A stretch of DNA of 64,000 bases from an uncultured Desulfobacter sp. (GCA_963665095.1 OY762069.1:4384001-4448000); one strand, 5' to 3'; positions 38,504 through 50,063 are shown, counted from the stretch's first letter. The notes: generated by a model from the letters alone, not told the origin. A program made the numbers and translations.

Positions 38504-39580
38504 TTAAGTCAAAGCGGTTTTAATGCTTTGGGCCAGTGCCAGGTTAATCTCCCGGGTTTTCAGGGAGAACCGGACAAACTTTTCGGTGAGCCCTTCAAAG
38601 TTGGTGCAGTCCCGGATCAGAAATTTGTCATCCCCTACCCTGCGGCATAACTCTGGTGCAGTACAGGTTTCAAGCCTGGCCAGAATAAAATAGACCGGCA
38701 CATCAAACAGCCGGATTCCCGGGGTGCCGGCTAAGGCATTTGTAAACACACGGCGTTCCTGTTCAATATACTTTCTTGTTTTCCGGTAAAAAGGCAGGAT
38801 CTCTTCGGGGTGGTCATACACATCCCAGATCACAGCCTGGGCCAGGGCATTGACGCTCCAGGGCTGGTAATGGGCCATCACCTTTTCAATCAAAGGCCTG
38901 GCCCCGCTTAAAAAACCTGTGCGAAGTCCTGGAATCCGGAAAATTTTGGACATGGAGGAGAGAACCAGCAGATTGGGAAGGTCGGTGCGTTTTACCAGAG
39001 AGAGGCTCTCGGCATCAGGCACAAAGGGAAGATAGGACTCATCCACCAGAAAGCAGGTGTCGGGATGGGCCTGAATCAACCGTTCCAGCGCCTTTTTTTC
39101 CACCAACGTCCCGGTGGGGTTATTGGGGTTGCAGATAAACACTATATCCGCTTGCCCGGCCATGCGGGACAAGGTATCCATGTCCGGGGAAAAATTGTTT
39201 TCCGGCAGGGTCAGGCAGTGCGTGATCCCAACGTTGTGGGCGGCACAGGCATCCCTGTAATCGGAATAGGCCGGTCCCAGAATCAGGGCCTTTTTAACCC
39301 CTAGCGCCAAAGGCAGGGTATAGATAAAAAAGGTGGTGCCGTTTCCGGCAACCACGCATCCCGGATCAATGCCGCAATACCGGGAAAACCCTTTTGTCAT
39401 GCTGACGGCATCCGGTTCCGGAAGGGCGTGGATCAAATGGATATTCTCCCGGATTAAATTGTGAATCCGTTCGGGCGGCCCCAGCGGGTTCAGGTTTGAA
39501 CTCATATCAATGATATCTTCAAGCTTGCACCCTATGCGGTCTGCCAGCTGCTGCTTATTTCCTCCGTGTCCCTGGATCAT
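38504..39580 (-). CDS. cobD: L-threonine-O-3-phosphate decarboxylase
   Basis: HGGN, SSNLNPLGP, NPNNPTG, DESY and SMSK..PGLR motifs. Confidence 0.9.
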   Translation of the reverse strand: MIQGHGGNKQQLADRIGCKLEDIIDMSSNLNPLGPPERIHNLIRENIHLIHALPEPDAVSMTKGFSRYCGIDPGCVVAGNGTTFFIYTLPLALGVKKALILGPAYSDYRDACAAHNVGITHCLTLPENNFSPDMDTLSRMAGQADIVFICNPNNPTGTLVEKKALERLIQAHPDTCFLVDESYLPFVPDAESLSLVKRTDLPNLLVLSSMSKIFRIPGLRTGFLSGARPLIEKVMAHYQPWSVNALAQAVIWDVYDHPEEILPFYRKTRKYIEQERRVFTNALAGTPGIRLFDVPVYFILARLETCTAPELCRRVGDDKFLIRDCTNFEGLTEKFVRFSLKTREINLALAQSIKTALT

Positions 39581-39594
39581 TTTCTAACTTTCAA

Positions 39595-40359
39595 TTATAT
39601 AAGGCTTGCACCGGCAAGCATGAACAGCCAGGCCTCCATGACTTCGGTCATGGCCCCGAGCATGTCGCCGGTAATGCAGTCCATCTGTTTTTTGTAAAAT
39701 CGTAAAATAACAACACACCCGATAATAAATCCGGCAATCAGAATCAGCCCTTTGATGCCCAGAAACAAGGAGAGGCAAAAAGGAATCAGGCACAATGAAA
39801 AATCTTTCATCCCAAGGGCGCGGTCAAATAAATCTTTCCCTGTGCCCTGGCCCCTTCCGTAATTCAGATATTTGATGCCGAAAATCATGGAGGCCCTGGC
39901 AAAGGCGGGCACCAGGAAAAGGACACCGGCTGCCTGGATTGGCGAACAGGTGGTCTTCACCGACCAGAGACCGGCAAGTTTGACCAGAAGCCCTAGTACC
40001 ACGGCCACCAGTCCCATCATCCCGGTTCGTGAATCCTTCATGATCTCCAGAGCCCGTTCCCTTCCCCGGTGGCTGAACATTCCATCTGCCGTATCCCCGA
40101 GTCCATCCAGGTGAAAGGCCCCTGTGACGGTCACAAGGCAGATGAGATCAATCAGTGCGGCAGCAGGGGCTGCCCACACCATTGACGCAAAAAAATCAAC
40201 CAGGACCAGCAGCGCACCGATTACAAGTCCCACCACAGGAAAAAAACGGATCATGCCCAAAGGGGAATATGCCAAAGTTTTGCCTGTGGGCAGAATGGTG
40301 ATAAAGGCCATGCAGGCCCGAAGGTCTGAAAAAAAACCAGATTTGTCTGAAGCACTCAC
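39595..40359 (-). CDS. cobS: Adenosylcobinamide-GDP ribazoletransferase
   Basis: HLDGLGDTADG, IMKDSRTG and TGDMLGA motifs. Confidence 0.95.
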   Translation of the reverse strand: MSASDKSGFFSDLRACMAFITILPTGKTLAYSPLGMIRFFPVVGLVIGALLVLVDFFASMVWAAPAAALIDLICLVTVTGAFHLDGLGDTADGMFSHRGRERALEIMKDSRTGMMGLVAVVLGLLVKLAGLWSVKTTCSPIQAAGVLFLVPAFARASMIFGIKYLNYGRGQGTGKDLFDRALGMKDFSLCLIPFCLSLFLGIKGLILIAGFIIGCVVILRFYKKQMDCITGDMLGAMTEVMEAWLFMLAGASLI

Positions 40360-40385
40360 TTGGTTACACTTTCTTTAAAATCATT

Positions 40386-41351
40386 TTAGGCCGGGGTTTT
40401 GCGGGTTTGGTAAAAGATTCCCCGGTCCTGTTTATTGAACACCGCATCACCCTGGTCCACCAGATGGTCAAGCAGCGCCTGGACGTCAGATGCGTCGGCC
40501 CCGAGCATGGAGGCCAGGTCCCTGCAGGTGGAGGGCCGCCGGTGAATGGTTTCAAGGATGGCTGTTTCAAGGCTTTCCTTACGATCTGAGCTTGAACGCC
40601 CTGCTCCGGCGGTATTTTCTGCCGGTATCCGGGCAATGATCTCCACCTTATCCGGCCCAAGATAATTTTTTATCCGTTCCAGGGTCAGGCGGCCGGCAGG
40701 TTTTACAAAGCTGCAGGTGCCGGGTCTGTCCAGGGCATTGAGCTGGACAAGGTCGGGTTTTATGTCGGCAATGGCCTGTTTGAACAGGGCCAGCTCCCCG
40801 TCATTGTCGTTGATCCCTTCAAGGATAAAAATTTCAAGATGAAGCCTGCCGTGAAATTGGGTTCGAAACGCCTGGATACCTTTAATAATATCATCCGGAT
40901 CAACGCCTTGAAAGGGCCGGTTGATTTTCCTGAAAGCGGGCTTGGACACCGCATCCAGAGACGGTACTACCAGGTCGGCCAGCGCCAGTTCCTGCCGGAG
41001 GCCAGGATCCGTAAGCAGGGTGGCATTGGTCAGAACGGCCACCCGGATGCCGGGCCTGTGGTGTTTAATGTATTCAATGACCCGGCCAAGGTCCTTATTC
41101 AGAGTGGGCTCCCCCGAACCTGAAAAAGTGATGTAATCCGGATCTTCATTATTTTCAAAATAGTGGTCCAGTTCTTCGCACACCCGGTCAAAGGGGACCC
41201 AGGATTTCCGTTCCAGGGTCAGCTCCGTGGTCTGTCCGCATTCGCAATAGACACAGTCCAGGCTGCATACTTTATGAACCACCAGGTCCACGCCTAAGGA
41301 GACACCTAAACGCCGGGAGGCCACAGGGCCGAACAGGTGCTGGTAGGTCAT
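40386..41351 (-). CDS. Radical SAM protein of unknown function (COG0731-like)
   Basis: FGPVASRRLGVSLG, CSLDCVYC and FSGSGEPTL; ATGA overlap with cobU. Confidence 0.88.
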   Translation of the reverse strand: MTYQHLFGPVASRRLGVSLGVDLVVHKVCSLDCVYCECGQTTELTLERKSWVPFDRVCEELDHYFENNEDPDYITFSGSGEPTLNKDLGRVIEYIKHHRPGIRVAVLTNATLLTDPGLRQELALADLVVPSLDAVSKPAFRKINRPFQGVDPDDIIKGIQAFRTQFHGRLHLEIFILEGINDNDGELALFKQAIADIKPDLVQLNALDRPGTCSFVKPAGRLTLERIKNYLGPDKVEIIARIPAENTAGAGRSSSDRKESLETAILETIHRRPSTCRDLASMLGADASDVQALLDHLVDQGDAVFNKQDRGIFYQTRKTPA

Positions 41352-41929
41352 TGGGCGTTCCCTGGTGTAAGGCCCGCGCCTGAGGTTTGCAGGGTGCTGT
41401 TCGGTTTGATCTGCACAGGAATGCCTGCCATGGTAACAAAAACCTGGTCCACAGCCTTTGCCACCCGCTGGTTCACCAGCCCTGCCATATCCCGGAACTG
41501 CCGGGCAAGACTGTTATCAGGCACAATGCCGTATCCCACCTCATTGGAGACCAGGATCACCGGACAAAGCGCCTGGTCCAGCGCTGCTGCCAGAAGATCC
41601 ACCGCCGCCATGATGGCTGCCTCATCCATGCCTTTGAACAGCAGGTTGGAGGTCCACAGCGTCAGGCAGTCCACCAGAATCACGCTGGCGTCTGCACTGG
41701 CTGTCACAATGGCGTCATGGATCAGAACCGGTTCTTCAACCGTGGCCCAGTCCGGCCCGCGGTCATCCTGATGGCGTTTAACCCTTTCTTCCATCTCCGG
41801 ATCCGCAGGTACCGAGGTGGCCAGATAAATTTTTTTGCTTTCTGCCATGTTGTCGGCAGTCTGTTTGGCAAAACCGCTTTTACCGCTCCTGCAGCCGCCA
41901 AGTACCAGTATGCTGTGTCTGTCTGTCAT
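41348..41929 (-). CDS. cobU: Adenosylcobinamide kinase / cobinamide-phosphate guanylyltransferase
   Basis: GGCRSGKS, RHQDDR, VDCLTLW and SNEVG motifs. ATG 41929 is the preferred start. Confidence 0.95.
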   Translation of the reverse strand: MTDRHSILVLGGCRSGKSGFAKQTADNMAESKKIYLATSVPADPEMEERVKRHQDDRGPDWATVEEPVLIHDAIVTASADASVILVDCLTLWTSNLLFKGMDEAAIMAAVDLLAAALDQALCPVILVSNEVGYGIVPDNSLARQFRDMAGLVNQRVAKAVDQVFVTMAGIPVQIKPNSTLQTSGAGLTPGNAQ

Positions 41930-42114
41930 CTTTAAAAGGTCTTTCTTTCTTAAATAAAAGCGGCCCAAGGATAACTCATCCACAGTATTAGTTGCAACTT
42001 AAAATTATGGGCTGCAAGTGGTATAGTTTTCGTTATGGAAGATAAGCAGGGAATGAAAATTCCGTTGTAGATCTCAGATACGCATCACACCTAAATTTTA
42101 TCAAAGGATATATA

Positions 42115-42819
42115 TTGGTATCAATTGAAAATATTACCATTACCGGTCAGGGGCCGGGATGGATCTGTGTTGACAAACCCTTTGGGCTCAGTGTTCATAA
42201 TGATCCGGGACGGGATCTGGTCTCCATTCTGGCAGGGGATACGCAATTAAAGGGTTCAGGCGACATCCTTGCCCCGGTTCACCGTCTGGACAGGGAGACC
42301 TGCGGCCTGATTCTTCTGGCCACGGATCGAAAAGTGCTATCACTGCTGTCGGAACAGTTTGCAAAAAGGCAGGTCAAAAAAAGATACCGGGCGCTGGTTC
42401 ACGGCTGTTTTGAACCGGGGCAGGAAACAGGGCTCTGGGATACACCCTTGTCCAAACAGGCCGGGGGCAGGGCCGATCCAGCCGGCAAAAACAAAAAATA
42501 CCCGGCCCAGACCCGCTACAAAGTCCTGGAACAGACCGTCCACTATGCCCTGCTGGAAATCAAGCTTCTCTCGGGCCGGAAACACCAGATCCGGCGTCAC
42601 GCCAAACTCGCCGGCCATCCTGTCACCGGGGACAGCCGCTACGCATCACCCAGGGCATTAGCGTTTTTAAAAGACAACCGGCAATACACCACCCTTGGCC
42701 TGCAGTCCTGTTACCTTGAATTTCAAGATGCCGGCAGAAAGGTCTGTCTGGAATTGCCCCGCCTGCCCCTGGAAATGGCGCGGCTGATTCAGGATGATGA
42801 TCCTGCCCGGATATTATAA
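42115..42819 (+). CDS. RluA-family pseudouridine synthase
   Basis: DKPFGL, HRLDRETCG and GRKHQIRRH motifs. Confidence 0.92.
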   Translation: MVSIENITITGQGPGWICVDKPFGLSVHNDPGRDLVSILAGDTQLKGSGDILAPVHRLDRETCGLILLATDRKVLSLLSEQFAKRQVKKRYRALVHGCFEPGQETGLWDTPLSKQAGGRADPAGKNKKYPAQTRYKVLEQTVHYALLEIKLLSGRKHQIRRHAKLAGHPVTGDSRYASPRALAFLKDNRQYTTLGLQSCYLEFQDAGRKVCLELPRLPLEMARLIQDDDPARIL

Positions 42820-43099
42820 GCTCCTGCAAAGGCGGGTTGTTGTGAACACGAAAAAAGCCCTTGCTTTGGATGATTTTAAAACCGTTTCAGGCGGCATTGT
42901 TCTTTTCCGGAGGCGGCCTGAAACTGTCCGGCATAATATTCTCTTGACACTGCCTGAATCACAATGATATCCACACAAGTAACATCGTTACACTTTTACT
43001 GCCCGCTGACGTTTGACTGTCTGTTTTGTGTGTCTGCAATGATGTTTGGATTGCAGAAATTAATATAAAGGACTGCCATATGTATTCAGGACCCGGCAA

Positions 43100-43714
43100 G
43101 TGACCACAAAAGGAAAAACATTGTTACCCTCCCTGCGGCCTGATGTGAGCCGCCGTCTGGAAAGCGCCGTGATGGAGGTGTTTTCCCATTCTGATTTCCA
43201 TAAAGCCAATATTCGGGACGTGGCAAAAGTCGCCGGTGTCAGTTTCAATACCATTTATAAACATTTCGGGTCCAAGGAGCAGCTTGTTTTCTCTTATGTG
43301 GATGTCTGGCTGGGTCGGCTCACCGAACGGATCATAGATCATCTCAAGGGCATTGAGGATCTCAAGGAGAAGCTTCGCAAGGTACTCTGGCTGCAGCTGG
43401 ACTATTACGAACGCCACCCATACCTGGGACGCATGCTCTTTATGACGTTGCCCATGGCCACATGGATGGCGGACCGCACCTTTGAACAGAAAAAAATGAT
43501 CTGCCTTTACCTGGGTGTGCTTAAAAAAGGGCAGGAACAGGGAATTCTCAACCCGGATGTGCCGGCAGGCGTTTTGCTGGACTTCATGCTGGGACTGGTG
43601 CAGCGCTCCTTTTTCATGTGGGTCCAAAGAGGATGCGAAAACAGCCTGGCCGACCAGAGCGGGCCGCTGTTTGACATGGTGTGGCGGGCCATTACCGTCC
43701 CCGGGAAGGAATAA
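43100..43714 (+). CDS. TetR/AcrR-family regulator
   Basis: IRDVAKVAGVSFNTIYKHFGSKEQL HTH. Confidence 0.93.
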   Translation: MTTKGKTLLPSLRPDVSRRLESAVMEVFSHSDFHKANIRDVAKVAGVSFNTIYKHFGSKEQLVFSYVDVWLGRLTERIIDHLKGIEDLKEKLRKVLWLQLDYYERHPYLGRMLFMTLPMATWMADRTFEQKKMICLYLGVLKKGQEQGILNPDVPAGVLLDFMLGLVQRSFFMWVQRGCENSLADQSGPLFDMVWRAITVPGKE

Positions 43715-43774
43715 AACCGGAAAGGAATAAAACAGATCCAATATAACAATAACCCAAAGAGCAAGGAGAGTTAG

Positions 43775-45895
43775 ATGAGGGAAGACCTGAACATTCTGGA
43801 TGCTTTTCCGGCCACGCCCCATGATGAGTGGCTGGCTGCGGTGGACAAGCAGCTCAAGGGCAAGCCATTTGACAAGGTGCTGGTGAAGAAAACCTATGAA
43901 GGCATTCCGATTCAACCCATGTATTTCAAACATGACCTGGAAGGCTTGCCTCATATTGACGGATTTCCAGGGTTTGCTCCCTATGCCAGGGGCAGCCGCG
44001 CCAAAGGGTTTCGGGTTGAGCCCTGGCACACGGCCCAGGAGGTGATTGAACCGGATCCCGACAGTCTGAATCAAAGCCTTATCAAGGATCTCGCCCGGGG
44101 GCAGGATACGGTAAATATTCGCCTGGACCTGGCAGCTAAAGCCGGGAAGACCCCGTCTTCCGCCCCAAAGCAGGATGTGGGAAAAAACGGGGTCAGCATG
44201 GCAACAGCTGGGGACTGGCAGCGGGTTTTAAACAATATTGATATGACCGAAACAGGGCTGATGGTGGATGCCGGCATGAGCGCGCCCGCTGTGATGGCGC
44301 TTCTGGCCGCAGGCCTGGGCCAGAAAAATCAGGCGTCTTTGTCAGGCAGCCTGGGTATGGATCCTTTAGGCATTCTGGCCGGACAGGGCACGCTTGACAC
44401 AGACCTTGCCGCAGCCTTTGATGCCATGGCCGGCCTGACCCAGTGGGCAGCAGACCATGCGCCGGGCATGAAAACCATTTCCGTCAGTTCCGAAGCCTTT
44501 GCCCATGCAGGGGCCCATGCGGTTCAGGAGCTGGCCTTTGCCGTGGCCACCGCCACAATGTATATCCGTGAAATGCAGAAGCGGGGCCTGGATATTGACA
44601 CGATCTGTGCCGCCGTCCAGTTCAGGTTTTCCATTGGATCTGATTTTTTCATGGAGATCGCCAAATTCAGGGCAGCCCGCATGGTATGGCATAAAATAAC
44701 CGAGGCCTTTGGTGCCGCAGATACCCACATGAGCATCCATGCCCGGACCGGTCTTTACAACAAAACTGTGGTGGATCCCTGGGTCAACATGCTGCGGGTC
44801 TGCACAGAGACCTTTTCCGGCATTGCCGGCGGCTGCGACAGCATCCATACCGGCGCCTTTGATGAACCTGTCCGCACCCCGGATGAATTTTCCCGCCGCA
44901 TTGCCAGAAACGTTCACACCCTGTTTAAGGAGGAGTCCCACTTTGACAAGGTGATGGATCCGGCCGGCGGCTCCTGGTACGTGGAGAACATCACCCTGCA
45001 GCTGGCGCAAAACGCCTGGGCCCTTTTCCAGGAGGTGGAAGGCATGGGCGGCATGGACAAAGCACTTGAGACAGGTTTTGTCCAGGAGAAGATCAGTGAG
45101 ACCGCCCAAGCCCGGGCCAAAAATGTAAGCACGCGCAAGGATAAAATCGTTGGCGTGAACATGTATCCCAATCTTACGGAAAAAACCCTGGCCCCCCGTG
45201 AACCTTTAAGTGACGCGTTTTTTGCCGCCTGTAAAGAGCGGCTGGAAAAGGATATCGCCAAAAGAGACGCAAATAAGGTGGCCAAGGCCCTTGAAGCGGT
45301 TAAAGCCGCATCCGGTAAATCTGAGATGGAGGCCGCCGTACAGGCCGCTGCTGCCGGGGCCACCCTGGAGGAACTTTGCAGCGCCATGGTCCCCAAAGGT
45401 GCCGGTGTCTCCCTTACCCCTCTGGTTCCCCTAAGACGCTCCGAGCCCTTTGAAGAGCTTCGCAAAGGCGTGGAAGCGGTGAAAGAGAAAACCGGAAAAC
45501 CCCTGCAGGTCTTCATGGCCAACATGGGGCCTTTGGCCAGGCATAAACCCAGGTCTGATTTTTCCACGGCGTTCTTTAATGTGGCAGCCCTTGAAACCAT
45601 CTTTACTCCTGGATTTGACTCGGCGGAAGACGCGGCAAAAGCGGCGCTTGATTCAGGGGTTAAGGCTGTGGTGATCTGCGGTACGGATGATGACTACACA
45701 ACGGTTGTGCCGCCCCTGGTCAAGCAGATCAAAGCGGCGGATCCGGGTATTCTCACCATTGTGGCGGGATTTTCCCCGGCTTATGTGGATGACTTTAAAG
45801 CGGCCGGCGTGGATGAGTTTATCCACATCAAGGCCGATACCTTCGGCCTTTTGACCAAGATTTCCCAGCATCTCATGCCCAAAGGGGGTGAATAA
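43775..45895 (+). CDS. mutA: Methylmalonyl-CoA mutase small (non-B12-binding) subunit
   Basis: Mutase fold ([18 protein letters not shown]); the C-terminal domain lacks DxHxxG. Confidence 0.88.
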   Translation: MREDLNILDAFPATPHDEWLAAVDKQLKGKPFDKVLVKKTYEGIPIQPMYFKHDLEGLPHIDGFPGFAPYARGSRAKGFRVEPWHTAQEVIEPDPDSLNQSLIKDLARGQDTVNIRLDLAAKAGKTPSSAPKQDVGKNGVSMATAGDWQRVLNNIDMTETGLMVDAGMSAPAVMALLAAGLGQKNQASLSGSLGMDPLGILAGQGTLDTDLAAAFDAMAGLTQWAADHAPGMKTISVSSEAFAHAGAHAVQELAFAVATATMYIREMQKRGLDIDTICAAVQFRFSIGSDFFMEIAKFRAARMVWHKITEAFGAADTHMSIHARTGLYNKTVVDPWVNMLRVCTETFSGIAGGCDSIHTGAFDEPVRTPDEFSRRIARNVHTLFKEESHFDKVMDPAGGSWYVENITLQLAQNAWALFQEVEGMGGMDKALETGFVQEKISETAQARAKNVSTRKDKIVGVNMYPNLTEKTLAPREPLSDAFFAACKERLEKDIAKRDANKVAKALEAVKAASGKSEMEAAVQAAAAGATLEELCSAMVPKGAGVSLTPLVPLRRSEPFEELRKGVEAVKEKTGKPLQVFMANMGPLARHKPRSDFSTAFFNVAALETIFTPGFDSAEDAAKAALDSGVKAVVICGTDDDYTTVVPPLVKQIKAADPGILTIVAGFSPAYVDDFKAAGVDEFIHIKADTFGLLTKISQHLMPKGGE

Positions 45896-48078
45896 TGACA
45901 ACACCTGATTTTACCAAAATAGCTTTCAGCGCGGACAGCCCCAAGGTTTCCTATGAACAGTGGGCCGCAAAGGTGAAAGAGGAGACCGGAAAAACCCCGG
46001 AAGAACTTGTCTGGACCACCAACGAGCAGATTGATCTCAAGCCGTTGTACACCCGGGCGGAGTATGACCAGATGGATCACCTGGACTATGTGGCAGGCAT
46101 TGCCCCGTATCTGCGGGGGCCTTACGCCACCATGTTTGTCCAGCGGCCCTGGACCGTGCGCCAGTACGCGGGGTTCTCCACGGCAGAAGAGAGCAACGCC
46201 TTTTACAGAAGGAATCTGGCAGCCGGCCAAAAGGGCCTTTCCATTGCCTTTGACCTGGCCACCCACAGGGGCTATGACTCGGATCATGACCGGGTGGTGG
46301 GTGATGTGGGAAAAGCGGGCGTGGCCGTGGACTCCATTCTGGACATGAATATTCTGTTTGACCGGATCCCCCTTGATCAAATGAGCGTCTCCATGACCAT
46401 GAACGGGGCGGTGCTGCCCATCATGGCCTTCTACATTGTGGCCGCCGAGGAGCAGGGGGTGAGCCAGGAGAAGCTTGCCGGCACCATCCAGAATGACATC
46501 CTCAAAGAGTACATGGTGAGAAACACCTATATCTATCCGCCCGAGCCCTCCATGCGGATCATCTCGGATATATTTGCCCATACCTCGGCCAATATGCCGA
46601 AATTCAACTCCATCTCCATTTCAGGCTACCACATGGAAGAAGCCGGCGCCTCTTCCGACATTGAGATGGCCTACACCCTGGCCGACGGCTTGGAGTATAT
46701 CCGCTGCGGCATCAACGCAGGCATGGACATTGACGCCTTTGCCCCGCGCATCTCCTTTTTCTGGGGCCAGGGCATGAACTTTTTCATGGAAGTGGCAAAG
46801 ATGAGAGCGGCCCGGATGATCTGGGCCAAGATCATCAAGCAGTATAACCCCAAAAATGCAAAATCCCTGGCGTTAAGAACCCACAGCCAGACCTCGGGGT
46901 GGAGTCTGACCGAAGGCGATCCCTACAACAATGTGGCCAGAACCTGCATTGAGGCCATGGCAGCGGCCCTTGGCCACACCCAGTCCATGCACACCAACTC
47001 CTTGGACGAAGCCATTGCCTTGCCCACGGATTTTTCCGCACGCATTGCCAGAAACACCCAGCTCTTTCTCCAGGACGAGACCAATATCCTGCGTCCGGCT
47101 GATCCCTGGGGCGGCTCCTACTATGTGGAGGCGCTCACCCATGCCATCATGCACCGGGCCTGGGACCATATCCAGGAGATCGAGTCTTTGGGCGGCATGG
47201 CCAAGGCCATTGAAACAGGGGTGCCCAAGATGCGTATTGAAGAGGCCGCTGCCCGCAGACAGGCCAATATCGATACCGGCCGGGAAAAAATCATCGGGGT
47301 AAATACCTTTTGCCTGGACAAAGAAGAGGCCATGGATACCCTGGAAGTGGATAATACCGCTGTGCGCGGCGCCCAGCTCGAACGTCTGGCAAAGCTTAAA
47401 TCCATGCGGGATGAGACCAAATGCCTTGCTGCACTGAATGCATTGACCCACTGTGCTGAAACCAAGGAGGGCAACCTTTTAGCCCTCTCCATTGAGGCGG
47501 CCAGGGCCAGGGCCTCCCTGGGCGAGATCTCCTATGCCCTGGAAAAGGTGTGGGGACGGCATAAGGCCGTTACCCGGGCCATCTCCGGCGTATACAAAGC
47601 TGAGTTCAGTGAAGCGGATGAGTTCAAAAAAGTAGTGGAGATGACCAAAGAGTTTGAAGAGTTTGAAGGGCGCAGACCCAGAATTCTTGTGGCCAAACTG
47701 GGCCAGGACGGCCATGACCGGGGGGCCAAGGTGATCTCCACGGCCTTTGCCGACATGGGGTTTGACGTGGATATCGGACCCATGTTCCAGACCCCTGCTG
47801 AAGCGGCCCGCCAGGCCGTGGAAAATGATGTGCATATCGTGGGGTTCAGCTCCCTTGCCGCCGGCCATAAAACGCTTTTGCCGGAGCTTGTTAAAGAGCT
47901 TGAGGCCTTAGGGCGACCGGACATCATGTGCATCATCGGCGGGGTTATCCCGGCCCCTGACTATGAGTTTTTGCGGGAAAACGGGGCCGCATGTATTTTT
48001 GGGCCGGGTACGGTAATCCCGGTGGCTGCCCAGAAAGTACTGAAGGAACTCAAAGAGCGCCTCGGGGAAACAGCATGA
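45895..48078 (+). CDS. mutB: Methylmalonyl-CoA mutase catalytic subunit
   Basis: [19 protein letters not shown] and the B12-binding motif GQDGHDRG. Confidence 0.96.
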   Translation: MTTPDFTKIAFSADSPKVSYEQWAAKVKEETGKTPEELVWTTNEQIDLKPLYTRAEYDQMDHLDYVAGIAPYLRGPYATMFVQRPWTVRQYAGFSTAEESNAFYRRNLAAGQKGLSIAFDLATHRGYDSDHDRVVGDVGKAGVAVDSILDMNILFDRIPLDQMSVSMTMNGAVLPIMAFYIVAAEEQGVSQEKLAGTIQNDILKEYMVRNTYIYPPEPSMRIISDIFAHTSANMPKFNSISISGYHMEEAGASSDIEMAYTLADGLEYIRCGINAGMDIDAFAPRISFFWGQGMNFFMEVAKMRAARMIWAKIIKQYNPKNAKSLALRTHSQTSGWSLTEGDPYNNVARTCIEAMAAALGHTQSMHTNSLDEAIALPTDFSARIARNTQLFLQDETNILRPADPWGGSYYVEALTHAIMHRAWDHIQEIESLGGMAKAIETGVPKMRIEEAAARRQANIDTGREKIIGVNTFCLDKEEAMDTLEVDNTAVRGAQLERLAKLKSMRDETKCLAALNALTHCAETKEGNLLALSIEAARARASLGEISYALEKVWGRHKAVTRAISGVYKAEFSEADEFKKVVEMTKEFEEFEGRRPRILVAKLGQDGHDRGAKVISTAFADMGFDVDIGPMFQTPAEAARQAVENDVHIVGFSSLAAGHKTLLPELVKELEALGRPDIMCIIGGVIPAPDYEFLRENGAACIFGPGTVIPVAAQKVLKELKERLGETA

Positions 48079-49280
48079 GTTTAAAAGAGGATAGAACCGG
48101 CGCCCCTGGCTCCCAAGGTGATGCAAAACTGCCGGAATGGGCACCTGAGGGTGGGGGCAAAGGCTTTGCCTGCCATGTCCAGGATGGAGTAGCGGCCTCC
48201 CATGATGGGGTAGCACTTCAAGCTTCCCGGCCGACTGGGGAGACATCGGGGAAGAAGACCTCTCCGGCAAAGTATCGGCGTCCTGTTCTATCCATTGATG
48301 AGATGGCGGACCAGGTCCTTGCGGGTAACCGCATGGTCCTGGCCCGTGCCATCACCCTTGTGGAGAGCAATGCCCCCCGCCACGCAGACAAAGCCCAGGA
48401 TCTTTTAAAGCGTCTGCTTCCCCATTCAGGCAATGCCGTGCGCATCGGCATCACCGGCGTTCCCGGAGTGGGCAAGAGCACCTTTATCGAAGCCCTGGGC
48501 TGTTATCTCACGGGCCAGGGCCATAAAGTAGCGGTCCTGGCTGTTGATCCCAGCTCCAGTATATCCGGAGGCAGCATCCTGGGGGACAAAACCCGTATGG
48601 AAAAATTAAGCGGGGAGCCCAACTGCTTTATCCGGCCCTCCCCGTCCGGCGGTTCTCTGGGCGGGGTGGCCCGGAAAACCCGGGAAACCATGCTGGTGTG
48701 CGAGGCTGCCGGATTTGACGTAATTCTCATTGAAACCGTAGGGGTGGGCCAAAGCGAAGTTACGGTGCGATCCATGGTGGATTTCTTCCTGCTGCTGATG
48801 CTGGCAGGTGCCGGCGACGAACTGCAGGGCATTAAAAAAGGAATCATGGAAATTGCCAATGCCCTGGTCATCAACAAGGCTGACGGAGAAAATAAACTGC
48901 CTGCCGAGCGGGCAAGGGCCGAATATGAGCGGGCACTGCACTATCTCCAGCCTGCCACCCAGGGATGGACCACCCATGCCTATACCTGTTCCGCCGTCAC
49001 CGGCGAGGGCATAGATAAAATATGGGAAACTATCCGAACCTTTGAAAAAATTACGAAAAAATCAGGGGTCTTTCAGGGGTTCAGGAAAAAGCAGACCGTT
49101 AAATGGGTCCATGACATGGTCAACGAACATTTAACCAGCCTGTTTTTCAGACATGACGGGGTGAAATCAAAACTGCCTGGCATAGAAGAGGCTGTTGCCC
49201 AGGGCAGTCTTCCCGCTGTTGCAGCAGTTAAACAGCTGCTGCGGATTTTTCATGATGATGAAGGATCTGACGGAAACTGA
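48075..49280 (+). CDS. meaB: Methylmalonyl-CoA mutase-associated GTPase
   Basis: [27 protein letters not shown] and NKAD; ATGA overlap with mutB. Confidence 0.95.
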   Translation: MSLKEDRTGAPGSQGDAKLPEWAPEGGGKGFACHVQDGVAASHDGVALQASRPTGETSGKKTSPAKYRRPVLSIDEMADQVLAGNRMVLARAITLVESNAPRHADKAQDLLKRLLPHSGNAVRIGITGVPGVGKSTFIEALGCYLTGQGHKVAVLAVDPSSSISGGSILGDKTRMEKLSGEPNCFIRPSPSGGSLGGVARKTRETMLVCEAAGFDVILIETVGVGQSEVTVRSMVDFFLLLMLAGAGDELQGIKKGIMEIANALVINKADGENKLPAERARAEYERALHYLQPATQGWTTHAYTCSAVTGEGIDKIWETIRTFEKITKKSGVFQGFRKKQTVKWVHDMVNEHLTSLFFRHDGVKSKLPGIEEAVAQGSLPAVAAVKQLLRIFHDDEGSDGN

Positions 49281-49355
49281 TTCGCCCTGCTGGGTGAATG
49301 GCCACAGGTAATGCCGGGCATCTTGAGAATAGTGACCTCGCACCGGCAGCCGGGT

Positions 49356-50063
49356 TCAGTGTTTGAAGTCTGTCCTGCACTCCCGCTTTTCCAGATCCGT
49401 CTCTTCTGACTGCCAGATATCCACAATTTTCTGGTTTCCGGGATAATCAATGGTTTTGTACCAGTTAATATTGGCTAATTTGGCGGTAATTTTTCCAAGG
49501 CGGGCAATCTGGGATTTAATATTTTCCAGGCAGGAGGCAGATGCGGTGGACTCCGAATCCATGACCAGAAGTTCAGTATATCCAATAATGGCCTGAAGAG
49601 GCTGATTGATTTCATGACAGATGGCCCCGGCCATTTCCAGAACTCCCTGAAGGCGTTCCTTCTCCATGGTCTTTTTTTCAGCAGACCTGCGCTGGGATAT
49701 ATCGATAACCGTTGCGGTGATACAGGCCATGGGGGCTTCGGGGTCTGCCGGCTGGAGGCAGATATGGGCGGGAAAACAGGTGCCGTCTCCTTTCATCATG
49801 TCCACTTCATAATCAACCTTGCCGTCTTCGGCCAGGTCCCGGGCCATGATCTGCCAGGAGAACTGAAAATCCTGGCTTGTCTGAAAAAAAATTTCAAAAG
49901 GCTTGTTTTCCATATCGGTTCTGGCATGGTAACCGAAAATTTTAAGCAATTGCGCATTCACCCGGGTCAGGATCTGATTTTCGATCCGGGCAATCCCCAC
50001 AGCACAGGAGTCAAAAATTTCCTCCAGAACGGCTGCGTTATCGGTATTTATTTTTCTGCCCAT
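49356..50063 (-). CDS. PAS + HisKA (DHp) protein lacking a HATPase domain
   Basis: PAS domain followed by EMAGAICHEINQPL; ends about 80 aa later with no N, G1 or G2 boxes. Confidence 0.8.
   Translation of the reverse strand: MGRKINTDNAAVLEEIFDSCAVGIARIENQILTRVNAQLLKIFGYHARTDMENKPFEIFFQTSQDFQFSWQIMARDLAEDGKVDYEVDMMKGDGTCFPAHICLQPADPEAPMACITATVIDISQRRSAEKKTMEKERLQGVLEMAGAICHEINQPLQAIIGYTELLVMDSESTASASCLENIKSQIARLGKITAKLANINWYKTIDYPGNQKIVDIWQSEETDLEKRECRTDFKH

Noticed and set aside
41930..42115. Cobalamin riboswitch upstream of cobU
   Set aside because: The region is short and AT-rich, with no B12-box or conserved core visible.
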